A stretch of 64,000 nucleotides of DNA from Methylobacillus sp. (GTDB lineage: Bacteria; Pseudomonadota; Gammaproteobacteria; Burkholderiales; Burkholderiaceae_C), in assembly GCA_018607835.1 (NCBI GenBank), contig JABBAS010000010.1, forward strand, positions 16,930 through 80,929. Direction: 5' to 3'. Under the pieces are notes generated by a model, which saw only the letters and a list, made by a program, of their open reading frames with translations, was not told the DNA's origin and did not search any database. The position numbers and the translations under genes were made by a program. Positions 43,144 to 52,414 of the stretch are shown here, piece after piece; the stretch's first letter is position 1, and each line of letters begins with the position of its first letter.

Positions 43144-44121
43144 ATGGAAATTTTTGATTACGACAACGTCTTGTTGCTCCCCCGTAAGTGCCGCGTCGAG
43201 AGCCGCTCTGAGTGTGATGCGGGCGTGCAACTGGGTAAGCACACCTTCAAAATTCCCGTCGTACCCGCCAATATGAAGACCGTCGTTGACGAGCGCATCT
43301 GTGAGTGGATGGGTAAAAACGGCTACTTCTACGTCATGCACCGCTTTGACCTCGATAACGTGGCTTTTGTGCGAAGCATGCACGATAAAGGCGTTTTCTC
43401 CTCTATCTCTTTGGGCGTCAAAGCCCCTGACTACGCGACCGTCGACCAGCTAAAGCGCGAGGGACTCACGCCTGACTACGTCACGATTGACATTGCGCAC
43501 GGCCACGCTGACAGCGTTCAAAAAATGATTGGCTACCTCAAAGAGCAGCTGCCAGACACCTTCGTGATTGCAGGCAACGTGGGAACACCCGAGGCCGTGA
43601 TTGATCTAGAGAACTGGGGCGCCGATGCCACCAAGGTCGGCATTGGCCCCGGCAAGGTGTGCATCACCAAGCTCAAGACGGGCTTTGGCACGGGCGGCTG
43701 GCAGTTGTCTGCGCTCAAGTGGTGTGCCCGCGTTGCCACCAAGCCCATCATTGCCGATGGCGGAATTCGCGAGCATGGGGACGTCGCCAAGAGCATTCGC
43801 TTTGGCGCGTCTATGGTCATGATTGGCTCAATGCTCGCCGGTCACGAAGAGAGCCCCGGCGCCACCGTCGAGGTCGATGGCAAGTTATTTAAAGAGTACT
43901 ACGGCTCGGCCAGCGACTTCAACAAAGGTGAGTACAAGCACGTAGAGGGCAAGCGCATTTTAGAGCCCGTCAAAGGGAAGCTCGCGGAAACCTTGATAGA
44001 AATGGAGCAAGATATTCAAAGCTCTATCTCCTACGCCGGCGGCACCAAGCTGCTGGACATTCGCCGCGTGAACTACGTGATCTTGGGTGGTGACAATGCG
44101 GGCGAGCATTTATTGATGTAA
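43144..44121 (+). CDS. guaC: GMP reductase (type 2)
   Basis: [47 protein letters not shown]. Confidence 0.93.
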   Translation: MEIFDYDNVLLLPRKCRVESRSECDAGVQLGKHTFKIPVVPANMKTVVDERICEWMGKNGYFYVMHRFDLDNVAFVRSMHDKGVFSSISLGVKAPDYATVDQLKREGLTPDYVTIDIAHGHADSVQKMIGYLKEQLPDTFVIAGNVGTPEAVIDLENWGADATKVGIGPGKVCITKLKTGFGTGGWQLSALKWCARVATKPIIADGGIREHGDVAKSIRFGASMVMIGSMLAGHEESPGATVEVDGKLFKEYYGSASDFNKGEYKHVEGKRILEPVKGKLAETLIEMEQDIQSSISYAGGTKLLDIRRVNYVILGGDNAGEHLLM

Positions 44122-44128
44122 CGCGGCT

Positions 44129-44863
44129 TCATTTCACCTTGGCGCTGACCTCACTCACCTCTTGTGCCGTCAGCCAGCGCCACTGGCCGGGCGCTAAGTC
44201 CGTCAGGGTCAAACGTCCGATTTGGCTGCGATGCAATGCCTCTACCCGGTTACTCACTGCTGCGATCATGCGCTTCACTTGGTGATACTTGCCTTGCGTC
44301 AAGGTCAAACTCAATTGGTGGGTGTCTCGTTGTGTCGCCGTGTGTGCGGCGACCGGCTTGGGATCATCGTCTAGCACCACGCCATCGATGAGCTTGGCGA
44401 TCTGAGTGGCGTCGATTGGGTGCTTGGTGGTGACCTCATACACCTTGGGCACGTGGTGCCGTGGCGACGTCATGCGGTGTATGAACTTACCGTCATCGGA
44501 CAAAATCAAGAGCCCTGTCGTATCTTGGTCCAAACGCCCCACCGCCTGCACACCCGCGGCCGCGCCGCCGCCGCGCTGGCGCAAAGGGCTGGGCAACAAC
44601 GTATAAATGCTGGGATAAAGGCTAGGCTTTTGAGAGCACTCGGTACCTGCGGGCTTGTGCAACATGAGGTAGGCCTGCGCGTGATACACCCACGGCTCGC
44701 CTTGCACCGTGATCTGCAAATCGGTGGTGTCCACCCAACCATCGGGATCGGTCACCGGCGCGCCTTGATGCACCACCAGACCCTGCTGAATCAGCCCCAA
44801 GCAGACTCGACGCGTCCCAAAGCCCTGCGAGAAAAGAATATCTTGCCAACGTTTTTCAGTCAT
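44129..44863 (-). CDS. rsuA: 16S rRNA pseudouridine(516) synthase, RsuA family
   Basis: S4-like N-terminus, MLHKP, catalytic GRLDQDTTG, GKYHQVKRM. Confidence 0.88.
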   Translation of the reverse strand: MTEKRWQDILFSQGFGTRRVCLGLIQQGLVVHQGAPVTDPDGWVDTTDLQITVQGEPWVYHAQAYLMLHKPAGTECSQKPSLYPSIYTLLPSPLRQRGGGAAAGVQAVGRLDQDTTGLLILSDDGKFIHRMTSPRHHVPKVYEVTTKHPIDATQIAKLIDGVVLDDDPKPVAAHTATQRDTHQLSLTLTQGKYHQVKRMIAAVSNRVEALHRSQIGRLTLTDLAPGQWRWLTAQEVSEVSAKVK

Positions 44864-44932
44864 GTCCCTATTGTCGCTCGATAAATTTGGCGACCCCGGC
44901 TTCGACCGCAAACCAACGGCACAATAGAGGCC

Positions 44933-45562
44933 ATGCTGAAACGCCTTTTACGCCGCTTACCCGCACGCGAAGACATACAAACCAACCGCTGGCTACGTTG
45001 GTTAGGGCCCGCGTTGGCGCACCCCCGCCTGTGGCATATGAGTCGTAAAGGGGTGGCTGCCGGATTGGCGCTGGGCTTGTTTTTTGGCTTATTGGTACCG
45101 ATCGCCCAAATTCCATTGGCCGCGTCCGCTGCCGTCTTAATACGTGCCAACCTGCCTGTCGCAATTGGCAGCACCTTAGTCACCAACCCCGTGACCTTTG
45201 GGCCCGTCTATTACGGCGCTTACAAGTTGGGGTACTGGATGCTACACCGAGGTGAGCTGCCGGAGCAGGTCGCCGTCAGCCTAAGCCCCGGCACTCAAGA
45301 TCCATCGCCAGACGATTTGATCGCCCAACGTATCAGCGCCCTCCACGCGCCAGCCGCCGAGGACACCGCGCATGACGGTATAGGTGGCTACTTGGCCTCT
45401 GTATGGACACGCATACAGTCTTTGGGCAAGCCCCTGATTTTAGGCCTAGGCGTGGTGGCAACCGCGACCGGACTGGCCGTGTACTTACTCACGACTTGGG
45501 TCTGGGCCGCCACCATCTGGATGAAGCGGCGCCGACGCACCTTGAACCGCCGGCGCGCTTAA
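44933..45562 (+). CDS. DUF2062 family membrane protein
   Basis: LWH..RK.VA.GLALGLFFG..P...Q and TLVTNPVT pattern. Confidence 0.78.
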   Translation: MLKRLLRRLPAREDIQTNRWLRWLGPALAHPRLWHMSRKGVAAGLALGLFFGLLVPIAQIPLAASAAVLIRANLPVAIGSTLVTNPVTFGPVYYGAYKLGYWMLHRGELPEQVAVSLSPGTQDPSPDDLIAQRISALHAPAAEDTAHDGIGGYLASVWTRIQSLGKPLILGLGVVATATGLAVYLLTTWVWAATIWMKRRRRTLNRRRA

Positions 45563-45563
45563 C

Positions 45564-46202
45564 TTAAATGAGTGGGACGCCCGTCTTGCTCTGAATCAAC
45601 TCGCGGCTCACGCCGTCCGCCAGCGCGACCAGTTTCAAACCGTCGGGTGTCACATCCATCACGCCAAGGTCGGTGATGATGCGGTCAACGACACCCACGC
45701 CCGTCAATGGCAGCGTACACGCGGGCAGAATTTTCAAGTCTTCGGTACCGTCTTTCTTACGTGCCACATGCTCCATCAAAATGATGACGCGCTTGACGCC
45801 CGCCACCAAATCCATGGCGCCGCCCATGCCCTTGACCATCTTGCCAGGAATCATCCAGTTGGCTAAGTCACCGCTGGCACTGACCTGCATCGCGCCCAAA
45901 ATACTCAGGTTTATTTTGCCGCCGCGAATCATGGCGAAGCTATCGTGGCTACCAAAAATACTGGTACCGGGTATCGTCGTCACGGTTTGCTTACCGGCAT
46001 TAATAAGGTCTGCATCGACCGCGTCTTCAGTTGGGAAAGGGCCAATGCCGAGCATGCCGTTTTCTGACTGCAACCAGACCTCGATGTCGTCAGGTACATG
46101 GTTCGCCACTAGCGTGGGAATGCCAATACCCAAGTTCACATAAAACCCATCTTCCAACTCAGCGGCTGCACGGGCAGCCATTTGATCTTGTGTCCAACTC
46201 AT
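45564..46202 (-). CDS. scoB: 3-oxoacid CoA-transferase subunit B
   Basis: VNLGIGIPT, catalytic [12 protein letters not shown]. Confidence 0.92.
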   Translation of the reverse strand: MSWTQDQMAARAAAELEDGFYVNLGIGIPTLVANHVPDDIEVWLQSENGMLGIGPFPTEDAVDADLINAGKQTVTTIPGTSIFGSHDSFAMIRGGKINLSILGAMQVSASGDLANWMIPGKMVKGMGGAMDLVAGVKRVIILMEHVARKKDGTEDLKILPACTLPLTGVGVVDRIITDLGVMDVTPDGLKLVALADGVSRELIQSKTGVPLI

Positions 46203-46227
46203 ATGATTTCTCCGAATGTTCTGACCC

Positions 46228-46929
46228 TTAGGCCTTTTCAGTAATCGTGCGGCGTTCGATACGCTTCTCGGGGCTTGCGTTCACCACAATTCGGTGGACG
46301 TAGATACCGGGTAGGTGCACCTCATCGGGCACCATGGCACCGACGTCAACCAGCTCCTCAACCTCGACCACACAAACGCGCCCAGCCATGGCTGCTGCCG
46401 GGTTGAAGTTGCGTGCCGTCAAGCGGAACTGCAAGTTGCCAGAGCGGTCAGCGCGCCACGCTTTGACCAAGGCCACGTCAGGCACCAAGGCGCGCTCCAT
46501 CACATAGGCCTCGCCGTCGAACTCACGAATTTCTTTTCCTTCCGCCACCATGGTGCCCACACCCGTTTTGGTGAAGAACGCGGGGATGCCTGCCCCACCC
46601 GCGCGCAACTTTTCGGCCAATGTGCCTTGGGGTGTGAACTCAAGCTCGAGCTCACCCGCTAGATACTGGCGTTCAAACTCTTTGTTTTCGCCCACATAGC
46701 TAGAAATCATTTTTTTGATTTGGCGCGTCTCTAGCAACTTACCTAAGCCAAATCCGTCAACGCCAGCGTTGTTAGAAATAACAGACAGACCGGTGACACC
46801 GCTGTCGCGCAAGGCGTCGATGAGTGCCTCAGGGATACCGCACAAACCAAAACCACCAACGGCCAGGAGTTGGTTGTCGGCGACAACACCTTTTAGCGCC
46901 TCTACTGCGCTGGGAAATACCTTGTTCAC
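46228..46929 (-). CDS. scoA: 3-oxoacid CoA-transferase subunit A
   Basis: [24 protein letters not shown]; GTG start with AGGAG RBS. Confidence 0.92.
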   Translation of the reverse strand: MNKVFPSAVEALKGVVADNQLLAVGGFGLCGIPEALIDALRDSGVTGLSVISNNAGVDGFGLGKLLETRQIKKMISSYVGENKEFERQYLAGELELEFTPQGTLAEKLRAGGAGIPAFFTKTGVGTMVAEGKEIREFDGEAYVMERALVPDVALVKAWRADRSGNLQFRLTARNFNPAAAMAGRVCVVEVEELVDVGAMVPDEVHLPGIYVHRIVVNASPEKRIERRTITEKA

Positions 46930-47157
46930 ACGCGAACTCCTTGAACGAAAGAGAAAAATACGACCCCATATTGTGAGGGGAAACGGTTTCTAGAATATTA
47001 CCGCGTTACGACCTCGGGTTTGATGCAAGGCCTCACCTTCAGGCCATTGGTAAGGTACGAGACATCAGCGACCGCACCATGGCGGTTTCCCGCGCAAAAC
47101 GCCTCGGATCTTTGGCATACTGTTTTAAAAACCTTAACCGCTGATATTGGAGCCTCC

Positions 47158-47748
47158 GTGTCTCAGACCACTGCCCGCTACCCCGTACCTGACCTGAATA
47201 CCCTGCCCGAAGATCTGAAATCAAAAATTTTGGAAGTCCAAGAAAAGGCCGGGTTTATTCCCAACGTCTTCTTGGGGTTGGCGAGACGCCCCGCGGAGTG
47301 GCGCGCCTTTTTTGCGTACCACGATGCACTGATGCTCAAAGAAGGCGGCAACCTGAGTAAGGGGGACCGCGAGATGATCGTCACCACCACCAGCGCGGCG
47401 AATGCCTGTCTTTACTGTGTGGTTGCCCACGGTGCGATTTTGCGCATTTATGAAAAAAAACCCTTGGTTGCAGACCAAGTCGCGGTGAACTACCGCAAGG
47501 CCGACATCACGCCAAAACAAATGGCCATGCTCGACTTCGCAATGAAGGTCTGCAACGCCTCTCACACGGTGGAAGATGCCGACTTCGAAGCGCTGTACGC
47601 GCACGGCATGGATGACGAAGACGCTTGGGACATCACCTCGATCACCGCCTTTTTTGGGCTTTCCAACCGCATCGCCAGCGTGACGGGGATGATGCCCAAC
47701 GACGAGTTTTACCTCATGGGCCGAGTGCCCAAACAAAAATCCAGTTAA
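47158..47748 (+). CDS. AhpD/CMD-like peroxidase-related enzyme
   Basis: EKAGFIPNVF, EMIVTTTS, CLYCVVAHG (CxxC); GTG start at 47158 after GGAG. Confidence 0.82.
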   Translation: MSQTTARYPVPDLNTLPEDLKSKILEVQEKAGFIPNVFLGLARRPAEWRAFFAYHDALMLKEGGNLSKGDREMIVTTTSAANACLYCVVAHGAILRIYEKKPLVADQVAVNYRKADITPKQMAMLDFAMKVCNASHTVEDADFEALYAHGMDDEDAWDITSITAFFGLSNRIASVTGMMPNDEFYLMGRVPKQKSS

Positions 47749-47776
47749 CAGCGGCGCATGCCCCAGATGGTTGCGC

Positions 47777-48196
47777 TCAGCTCACGATCGCGCGTAACCA
47801 ATCTGGCAGCGCGGCAGATTTTTGCGCGGGGAAATCAATCCAAACGGTGGTCGCGCCGCCAGTGGAGTAAATCACGCCTGGCTCGTCAACCAACTCCAAG
47901 GTGCACCAGGTGTCGAAACTGCTGCGCCCCGCATCACTGACAAACAACTTACCCAGCACCTCGCTGGGGTAGGTCAGCTGCTTGTGAAAGCTGCAAAACG
48001 CATTCACGATCACAGGCCCCTCCCCGCTGGCATCAGGCGGGCAACCGATGCTCCGCATCCACTCAATACGCATGTGCTCCAGATAGCGGAAGTAAACCGT
48101 ATTGTTTACATGCCCCATGGCATCCATATCACCCCAGCGAACGGGGAAACGCAGGTCAAACACCCACTTTTTTGTCTCAGGTAAATTCAATCGCAT
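47777..48196 (-). CDS. Hotdog-fold acyl-CoA thioesterase (4HBT/YbgC family)
   Basis: RWGDMDAMGHVNNTVYFRYLE. Confidence 0.88.
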   Translation of the reverse strand: MRLNLPETKKWVFDLRFPVRWGDMDAMGHVNNTVYFRYLEHMRIEWMRSIGCPPDASGEGPVIVNAFCSFHKQLTYPSEVLGKLFVSDAGRSSFDTWCTLELVDEPGVIYSTGGATTVWIDFPAQKSAALPDWLRAIVS

Positions 48197-48381
48197 CTTT
48201 GATATTCCACATAAAAGACTGTTTTTATAGCGCTGGTCTCGCACTTGGGGGCCGCTGATGGGCCACAAACTACGCGACGCAACAAGCGCCTATAGGCGGT
48301 CTGCCCTCTCGGCATAGGCTCAGTCTATCGACGAAACCAGCAGCGGCAGGTACGCAAGCGCGACATCGCGACGCGGCCTTC

Positions 48382-48410
48382 CGGCTTAGCGGCTTAACGG
48401 CTTAACGGCT
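48382..48410. repeat. Tandem 8-mer repeat CGGCTTA(G/A) x3.6
   Basis: CGGCTTAG CGGCTTAA CGGCTTAA CGGCT, read directly. Confidence 0.75.
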
Positions 48411-48460
48411 CTTACGCCGACCCGAGGTTTACATCCCTGATTACGGGCTAGGCCATCCCT

Positions 48461-48545
48461 TTCTTTGACAATCAATATTAAATACCATAATAGTACTATT
48501 TAATAAATAAATTACCATTTAAATAGCTATTTATAGTTATTCAAA
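48461..48545. promoter_or_regulatory. AT-rich promoter region of the amino-acid symporter with two related palindromes
   Basis: TTGACA at 48465; AATAGTACTATT (48489-48500); TAAATAGCTATTTA (48520-48533). Confidence 0.55.
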
Positions 48546-48638
48546 AAGGTATTATTCGAACGGAGCAGGTTCAATTTCACACACGTGCTGCCCGTGTGTA
48601 TCGGCATACAAGCAAAACAAACATTTAGGAGACACCAT

Positions 48639-50177
48639 ATGAACAAAAGACACATCGGGGCCTTAGTCGCTCTCTGTCTGAGTAGCTTCTCGGCCAGTGC
48701 CCAGTCCATTGACGAAACAGTCAACAGCGTGTTCGCAAGCGCTACGGGCTGGTTCGTTAGCCTCATTTTCAGCCCCATCCCCGGCACTTCGTTTCCCTGG
48801 ATTGTTGCTTGGCTGGTGATCGCGGCCTTTATTTTCACGATTTACTTTGGTTTCGTGCAGCTCCACGGCTTTAAGCACGCCACCCAATTGGTGCGCGGGC
48901 AATACTCCGACCCCAACGACGTTGGCGAGGTCAGCCACTTTCAGGCACTCGCCACCGCCTTATCCGGCACGGTAGGCTTGGGCAATATTGCTGGCGTTGC
49001 CGTTGCGCTGAGCATCGGTGGGCCTGGCGCCACATTCTGGATGGTCTTGGCCGGCCTGCTCGGGATGGCCACCAAATTTACGGAGTGCACGTTAGGCGTG
49101 AAATACCGAAACGAACACCCCGACGGCACCGTCTCTGGCGGCCCCATGTATTACATCTCCAAAGGGTTTGCTGAGCGTGGCATACCCGCCGGTAAGTTCA
49201 TGGCGGTTCTGTTCTCTATCTTCTGCGTTTTAGGTGCACTGGGTGGCGGCAACATGTTCCAAGCCAACCAAGCCCACGCACAAATTGTGAATGTCTTTGG
49301 CGACTTCCCCGGTTGGATTACTGGCCTTGTTTTTGCGGGCCTAGTCTTCGCAGTGATCGTTGGTGGCTTGAAGTCCATTGCAAAAGTCACCGAGAAGATC
49401 GTTCCCTTCATGGGCACCATGTACGTGGCTGCGGCCCTCGTTATTTTGGCGATGAACGCAGACAAACTTGGTTGGGCGTTTAGCGAAATTTTCACCGGTG
49501 CGTTTACGGGTGCAGGTGTTGCTGGCGGTATGGTCGGCGCCTTGATTCAAGGCTTCAAACGCGCGGCCTTCTCCAACGAGGCCGGCGTCGGCTCGGCTGC
49601 GATTGCCCACGCGGCCGTGCGAACCAAAGAGCCCATCACCGAGGGAATGGTCTCCTTACTGGAACCATTTATCGATACCGTCGTGATCTGTACGATGACC
49701 GCCCTGGTGATCATCATCACCGGTCAACTCATCAGCGACCCCACCACCGGCATGTATTTGCTGAACGAAGGTGCGACGTCGATTCAAACCATCGACGGTA
49801 ACAACGGCGTTGCGCTAACCTCTGCAGCGTTCTCATCGTCTTTCGGCTGGTTTAAGTACGTCTTGGCGCTTGCGGTCATTTTGTTTGCGTTCTCAACCAT
49901 GATCAGCTGGTCCTACTACGGCCTGAAGGCCTGGACCTTCCTGCTCGGCGAGAGCGCGAGGACCGAATTGGTTTTCAAGCTGATGTTCTGTGTCTTCATC
50001 GTGATCGGCGCCGCAGCGAGCTTGGGCCCGGTCATCGACTTCTCCGATGCGGCCATTTTTGCGATGGCGGTCGTCAACATCGCCGCGCTGTACTGCCTGA
50101 TGCCCATCGTCAAGCGTGAGCTGGAGAGCTACATGAGCCGACTGAAGTCTGGAGAGATTAAAAAAGTGGGTGGCTAA
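48639..50177 (+). CDS. Alanine/glycine:cation symporter (AGCS family)
   Basis: SHFQALATALSGTVGLGNIAGVA, GGPGATFWM, GGPMYY, FSNEAGVGSA, FIDTVVICT, FSTMISWSYYG; AGGAGA RBS. Confidence 0.93.
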   Translation: MNKRHIGALVALCLSSFSASAQSIDETVNSVFASATGWFVSLIFSPIPGTSFPWIVAWLVIAAFIFTIYFGFVQLHGFKHATQLVRGQYSDPNDVGEVSHFQALATALSGTVGLGNIAGVAVALSIGGPGATFWMVLAGLLGMATKFTECTLGVKYRNEHPDGTVSGGPMYYISKGFAERGIPAGKFMAVLFSIFCVLGALGGGNMFQANQAHAQIVNVFGDFPGWITGLVFAGLVFAVIVGGLKSIAKVTEKIVPFMGTMYVAAALVILAMNADKLGWAFSEIFTGAFTGAGVAGGMVGALIQGFKRAAFSNEAGVGSAAIAHAAVRTKEPITEGMVSLLEPFIDTVVICTMTALVIIITGQLISDPTTGMYLLNEGATSIQTIDGNNGVALTSAAFSSSFGWFKYVLALAVILFAFSTMISWSYYGLKAWTFLLGESARTELVFKLMFCVFIVIGAAASLGPVIDFSDAAIFAMAVVNIAALYCLMPIVKRELESYMSRLKSGEIKKVGG

Positions 50178-50192
50178 ACCCCCAGCATGCTC

Positions 50193-50231
50193 AAAGCGCC
50201 TAGTCGAACACCATCGGCTAGGCGCTTTTTT
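50193..50231 (+). terminator. Intrinsic terminator after the symporter
   Basis: AAAGCGCCTAGTCGA...TCGGCTAGGCGC-TTTTTT. Confidence 0.8.
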
Positions 50232-50327
50232 GCGTCAACAGCACAGCCCACTACAATATTACGCAGCGGAGCCTCCTGCGCCTGCGGTACTATTTAGAAC
50301 CATTTCTCATCTCGTTGGACCCCATTC

Positions 50328-52037
50328 ATGAGCAGCTACAACACACGCCAATCAACCCATGCCGCGCTATTAGAGGCCCATGGTCCACGCGAGTCCATGG
50401 ACTACGACGTGGTCGTGGTCGGTGGTGGTCCCGCTGGGCTCTCAACCGCCATCCGCCTGAAGCAATTGGCCAGCGAACAGGGAGCGGAGCTGAATGTGGT
50501 GGTGCTCGAAAAAGGTTCGGAACCGGGGGCACACATATTGAGCGGTGCGGTCATGGACCCACGGGCTCTGAACGAGCTGCTGCCTAATTGGAAAGACCTA
50601 GGGGCGCCGCTGAATCAGCCCGTGACCGGTGACGACGTGTTGTTCCTGAGCGCGACAGGCGCCAAGCGCACGCCTGACGCACTGGTGCCCGACTGCTTCC
50701 ATAACAAGGGTAACTACATCGTCAGCCTCGGCGCCGTCACTAAGTGGCTAGGCGAGCAAGCGGAGGCTTTGGGTGTCGAAATATTTCCTGGCTTTAGTGC
50801 CGCAGAGGTGCTGTACGACGACCAGGGAGCCGTCACCGGGGTGGCAACGGGCCACATGGGCGTGGGTAAAGACGGTGAGCCCACGGGCGATTTTCAGTTG
50901 GGTATGGCCCTGCTGGGTAAGTACACGGTGTTTGCCGAAGGGGCGCGTGGGCACTTGGGTAAAGAGCTCATCGCACGCTACCAACTGGACGCAGGCAAAG
51001 ACCCGCAAAGCTACGCCCTTGGTGTGAAAGAGCTCTGGGAAATCGCACCCGATAAGGCGGACCCCGGTCGTGTGATTCACACCGCCGGTTGGCCTATGGA
51101 CAGTGAAACCTACGGCGGTGGTTTTTTGTACCACCTGCCTGACAACCAGGTGACCTTGGGCTTTGTCACTGGATTGGACTACAAGAACCCATGGCTCTCA
51201 CCCTTTGAGGAGATGCAGCGCTGGAAGACCCACCCGTCGATTGCGCCCCTTTTGGCAGGCGGCAAGCGACTTGGCTACGGCGCACGCGCGATTACGGCGG
51301 GCGGCTTGCTGTCCCTACCGAAAACCGTGTTCCCCGGCGGCGCATTGGTTGGCTGCGATGCGGGCTATCTGAATGCGAGCCGCATCAAGGGGAGTCATGC
51401 TGCGATCAAGTCGGGCATGCTCTGTGCAGAGGCCGCGTTTGAGGCCGTTCAAGCGGGACGCCAGCAAGATGAACTCAGCGCCTACCCCGTCGCATTTGAG
51501 GCCAGCTGGTTGTACCAAGAATTGAATGCAGCACGCAACTTCAAGCAGTGGTTTAAGAAGGGCAATACCGTTGGCTCGTTGATGACGGGAATCGAGCAGT
51601 GGTTGCTACCCAAGCTGGGCTTTAAATCGCCCCCATGGACCATACACCGCTCAGTGGCCGACCACACCACGTTGCGTCCTGCTGCAGAGTGCCCCAAAAT
51701 TGACTATCCCAAACCCGATGGCGTCCTCACCTTTGACCGCTTAAGTAGCGTGTTCATCAGCAACACCAACCACGAAGAAAACCAACCTGCCCACCTCACA
51801 CTGCGCGATAACGACGTCCCGGTTACGCTCAACTTGGCAACCTATAGCGGTCCCGAAAGCCGCTACTGCCCCGCGGGTGTGTATGAGTTTGTGCCTAACG
51901 AATCGGGTGGGGAACGGCTGCAAATCAACGCTCAAAATTGCATACACTGCAAAACCTGCGACATCAAAGACCCCTCTCAAAATATCGTGTGGGTGACCCC
52001 AGAGGGTGGCGGTGGTCCGAACTACGCCGGGATGTAG
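50328..52037 (+). CDS. Electron transfer flavoprotein-ubiquinone oxidoreductase
   Basis: FAD motif VVGGGPAG, HILSGA, RIKGSH, [4Fe-4S] YCPAGVYE...NCIHCKTCDIKDP. Confidence 0.95.
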   Translation: MSSYNTRQSTHAALLEAHGPRESMDYDVVVVGGGPAGLSTAIRLKQLASEQGAELNVVVLEKGSEPGAHILSGAVMDPRALNELLPNWKDLGAPLNQPVTGDDVLFLSATGAKRTPDALVPDCFHNKGNYIVSLGAVTKWLGEQAEALGVEIFPGFSAAEVLYDDQGAVTGVATGHMGVGKDGEPTGDFQLGMALLGKYTVFAEGARGHLGKELIARYQLDAGKDPQSYALGVKELWEIAPDKADPGRVIHTAGWPMDSETYGGGFLYHLPDNQVTLGFVTGLDYKNPWLSPFEEMQRWKTHPSIAPLLAGGKRLGYGARAITAGGLLSLPKTVFPGGALVGCDAGYLNASRIKGSHAAIKSGMLCAEAAFEAVQAGRQQDELSAYPVAFEASWLYQELNAARNFKQWFKKGNTVGSLMTGIEQWLLPKLGFKSPPWTIHRSVADHTTLRPAAECPKIDYPKPDGVLTFDRLSSVFISNTNHEENQPAHLTLRDNDVPVTLNLATYSGPESRYCPAGVYEFVPNESGGERLQINAQNCIHCKTCDIKDPSQNIVWVTPEGGGGPNYAGM

Positions 52038-52086
52038 GGTCACTCTGGGTTTCTAAAAAACAGGCTCTACAGCTATACTAGAGCCC

Positions 52087-52309
52087 TGCCAGGAGAGAGC
52101 CGCTAGCGACGCTAGCGGCCGCCGAAGGCGCAAGGCAACGGATCGCCGTAGCCCGAACGCTCAGGTACCCAGGACTGGCAACACGTCGTTGTTCAATGCC
52201 TTTGAACAACACGTTTCCCTGATGGAGAGAGGCCCACCACTGAGTGGGTCCACCGAAGGAGCAAACGCACAACACGTGCGTGAATCTCTCAGGTAGAGCG
52301 GACACAGGG
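52087..52309 (+). ncRNA. Tandem glycine riboswitch (two aptamers)
   Basis: Aptamer 1 (52087-52180): TGCCAG-GAGAG...CCGAAGGCGCAA...CTCAGGT...GGACTGGCA. Aptamer 2 (52217-52309): CCCTG-ATGGAGAG...CCGAAGGAGCAA...TCTCTCAGGT...GGACACAGGG. TATACT -10 at 52074; lies upstream of gcvT. Confidence 0.93.
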
Positions 52310-52414
52310 CAGACAGTTTGGTGCATGGCACACACGTGTGTGAGCGATGCGATTAACAATGCTGCGCTTCCCTAGGACACCGTGCCCGAGGTCTGAGCCG
52401 CTTTCTGGACTGAG

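Noticed and set aside
48546-48638. Glycine riboswitch upstream of the alanine/glycine symporter
   Set aside because: It lacks the GGAGA...CCGAAG...CTCAGG core seen clearly at 52087-52309.
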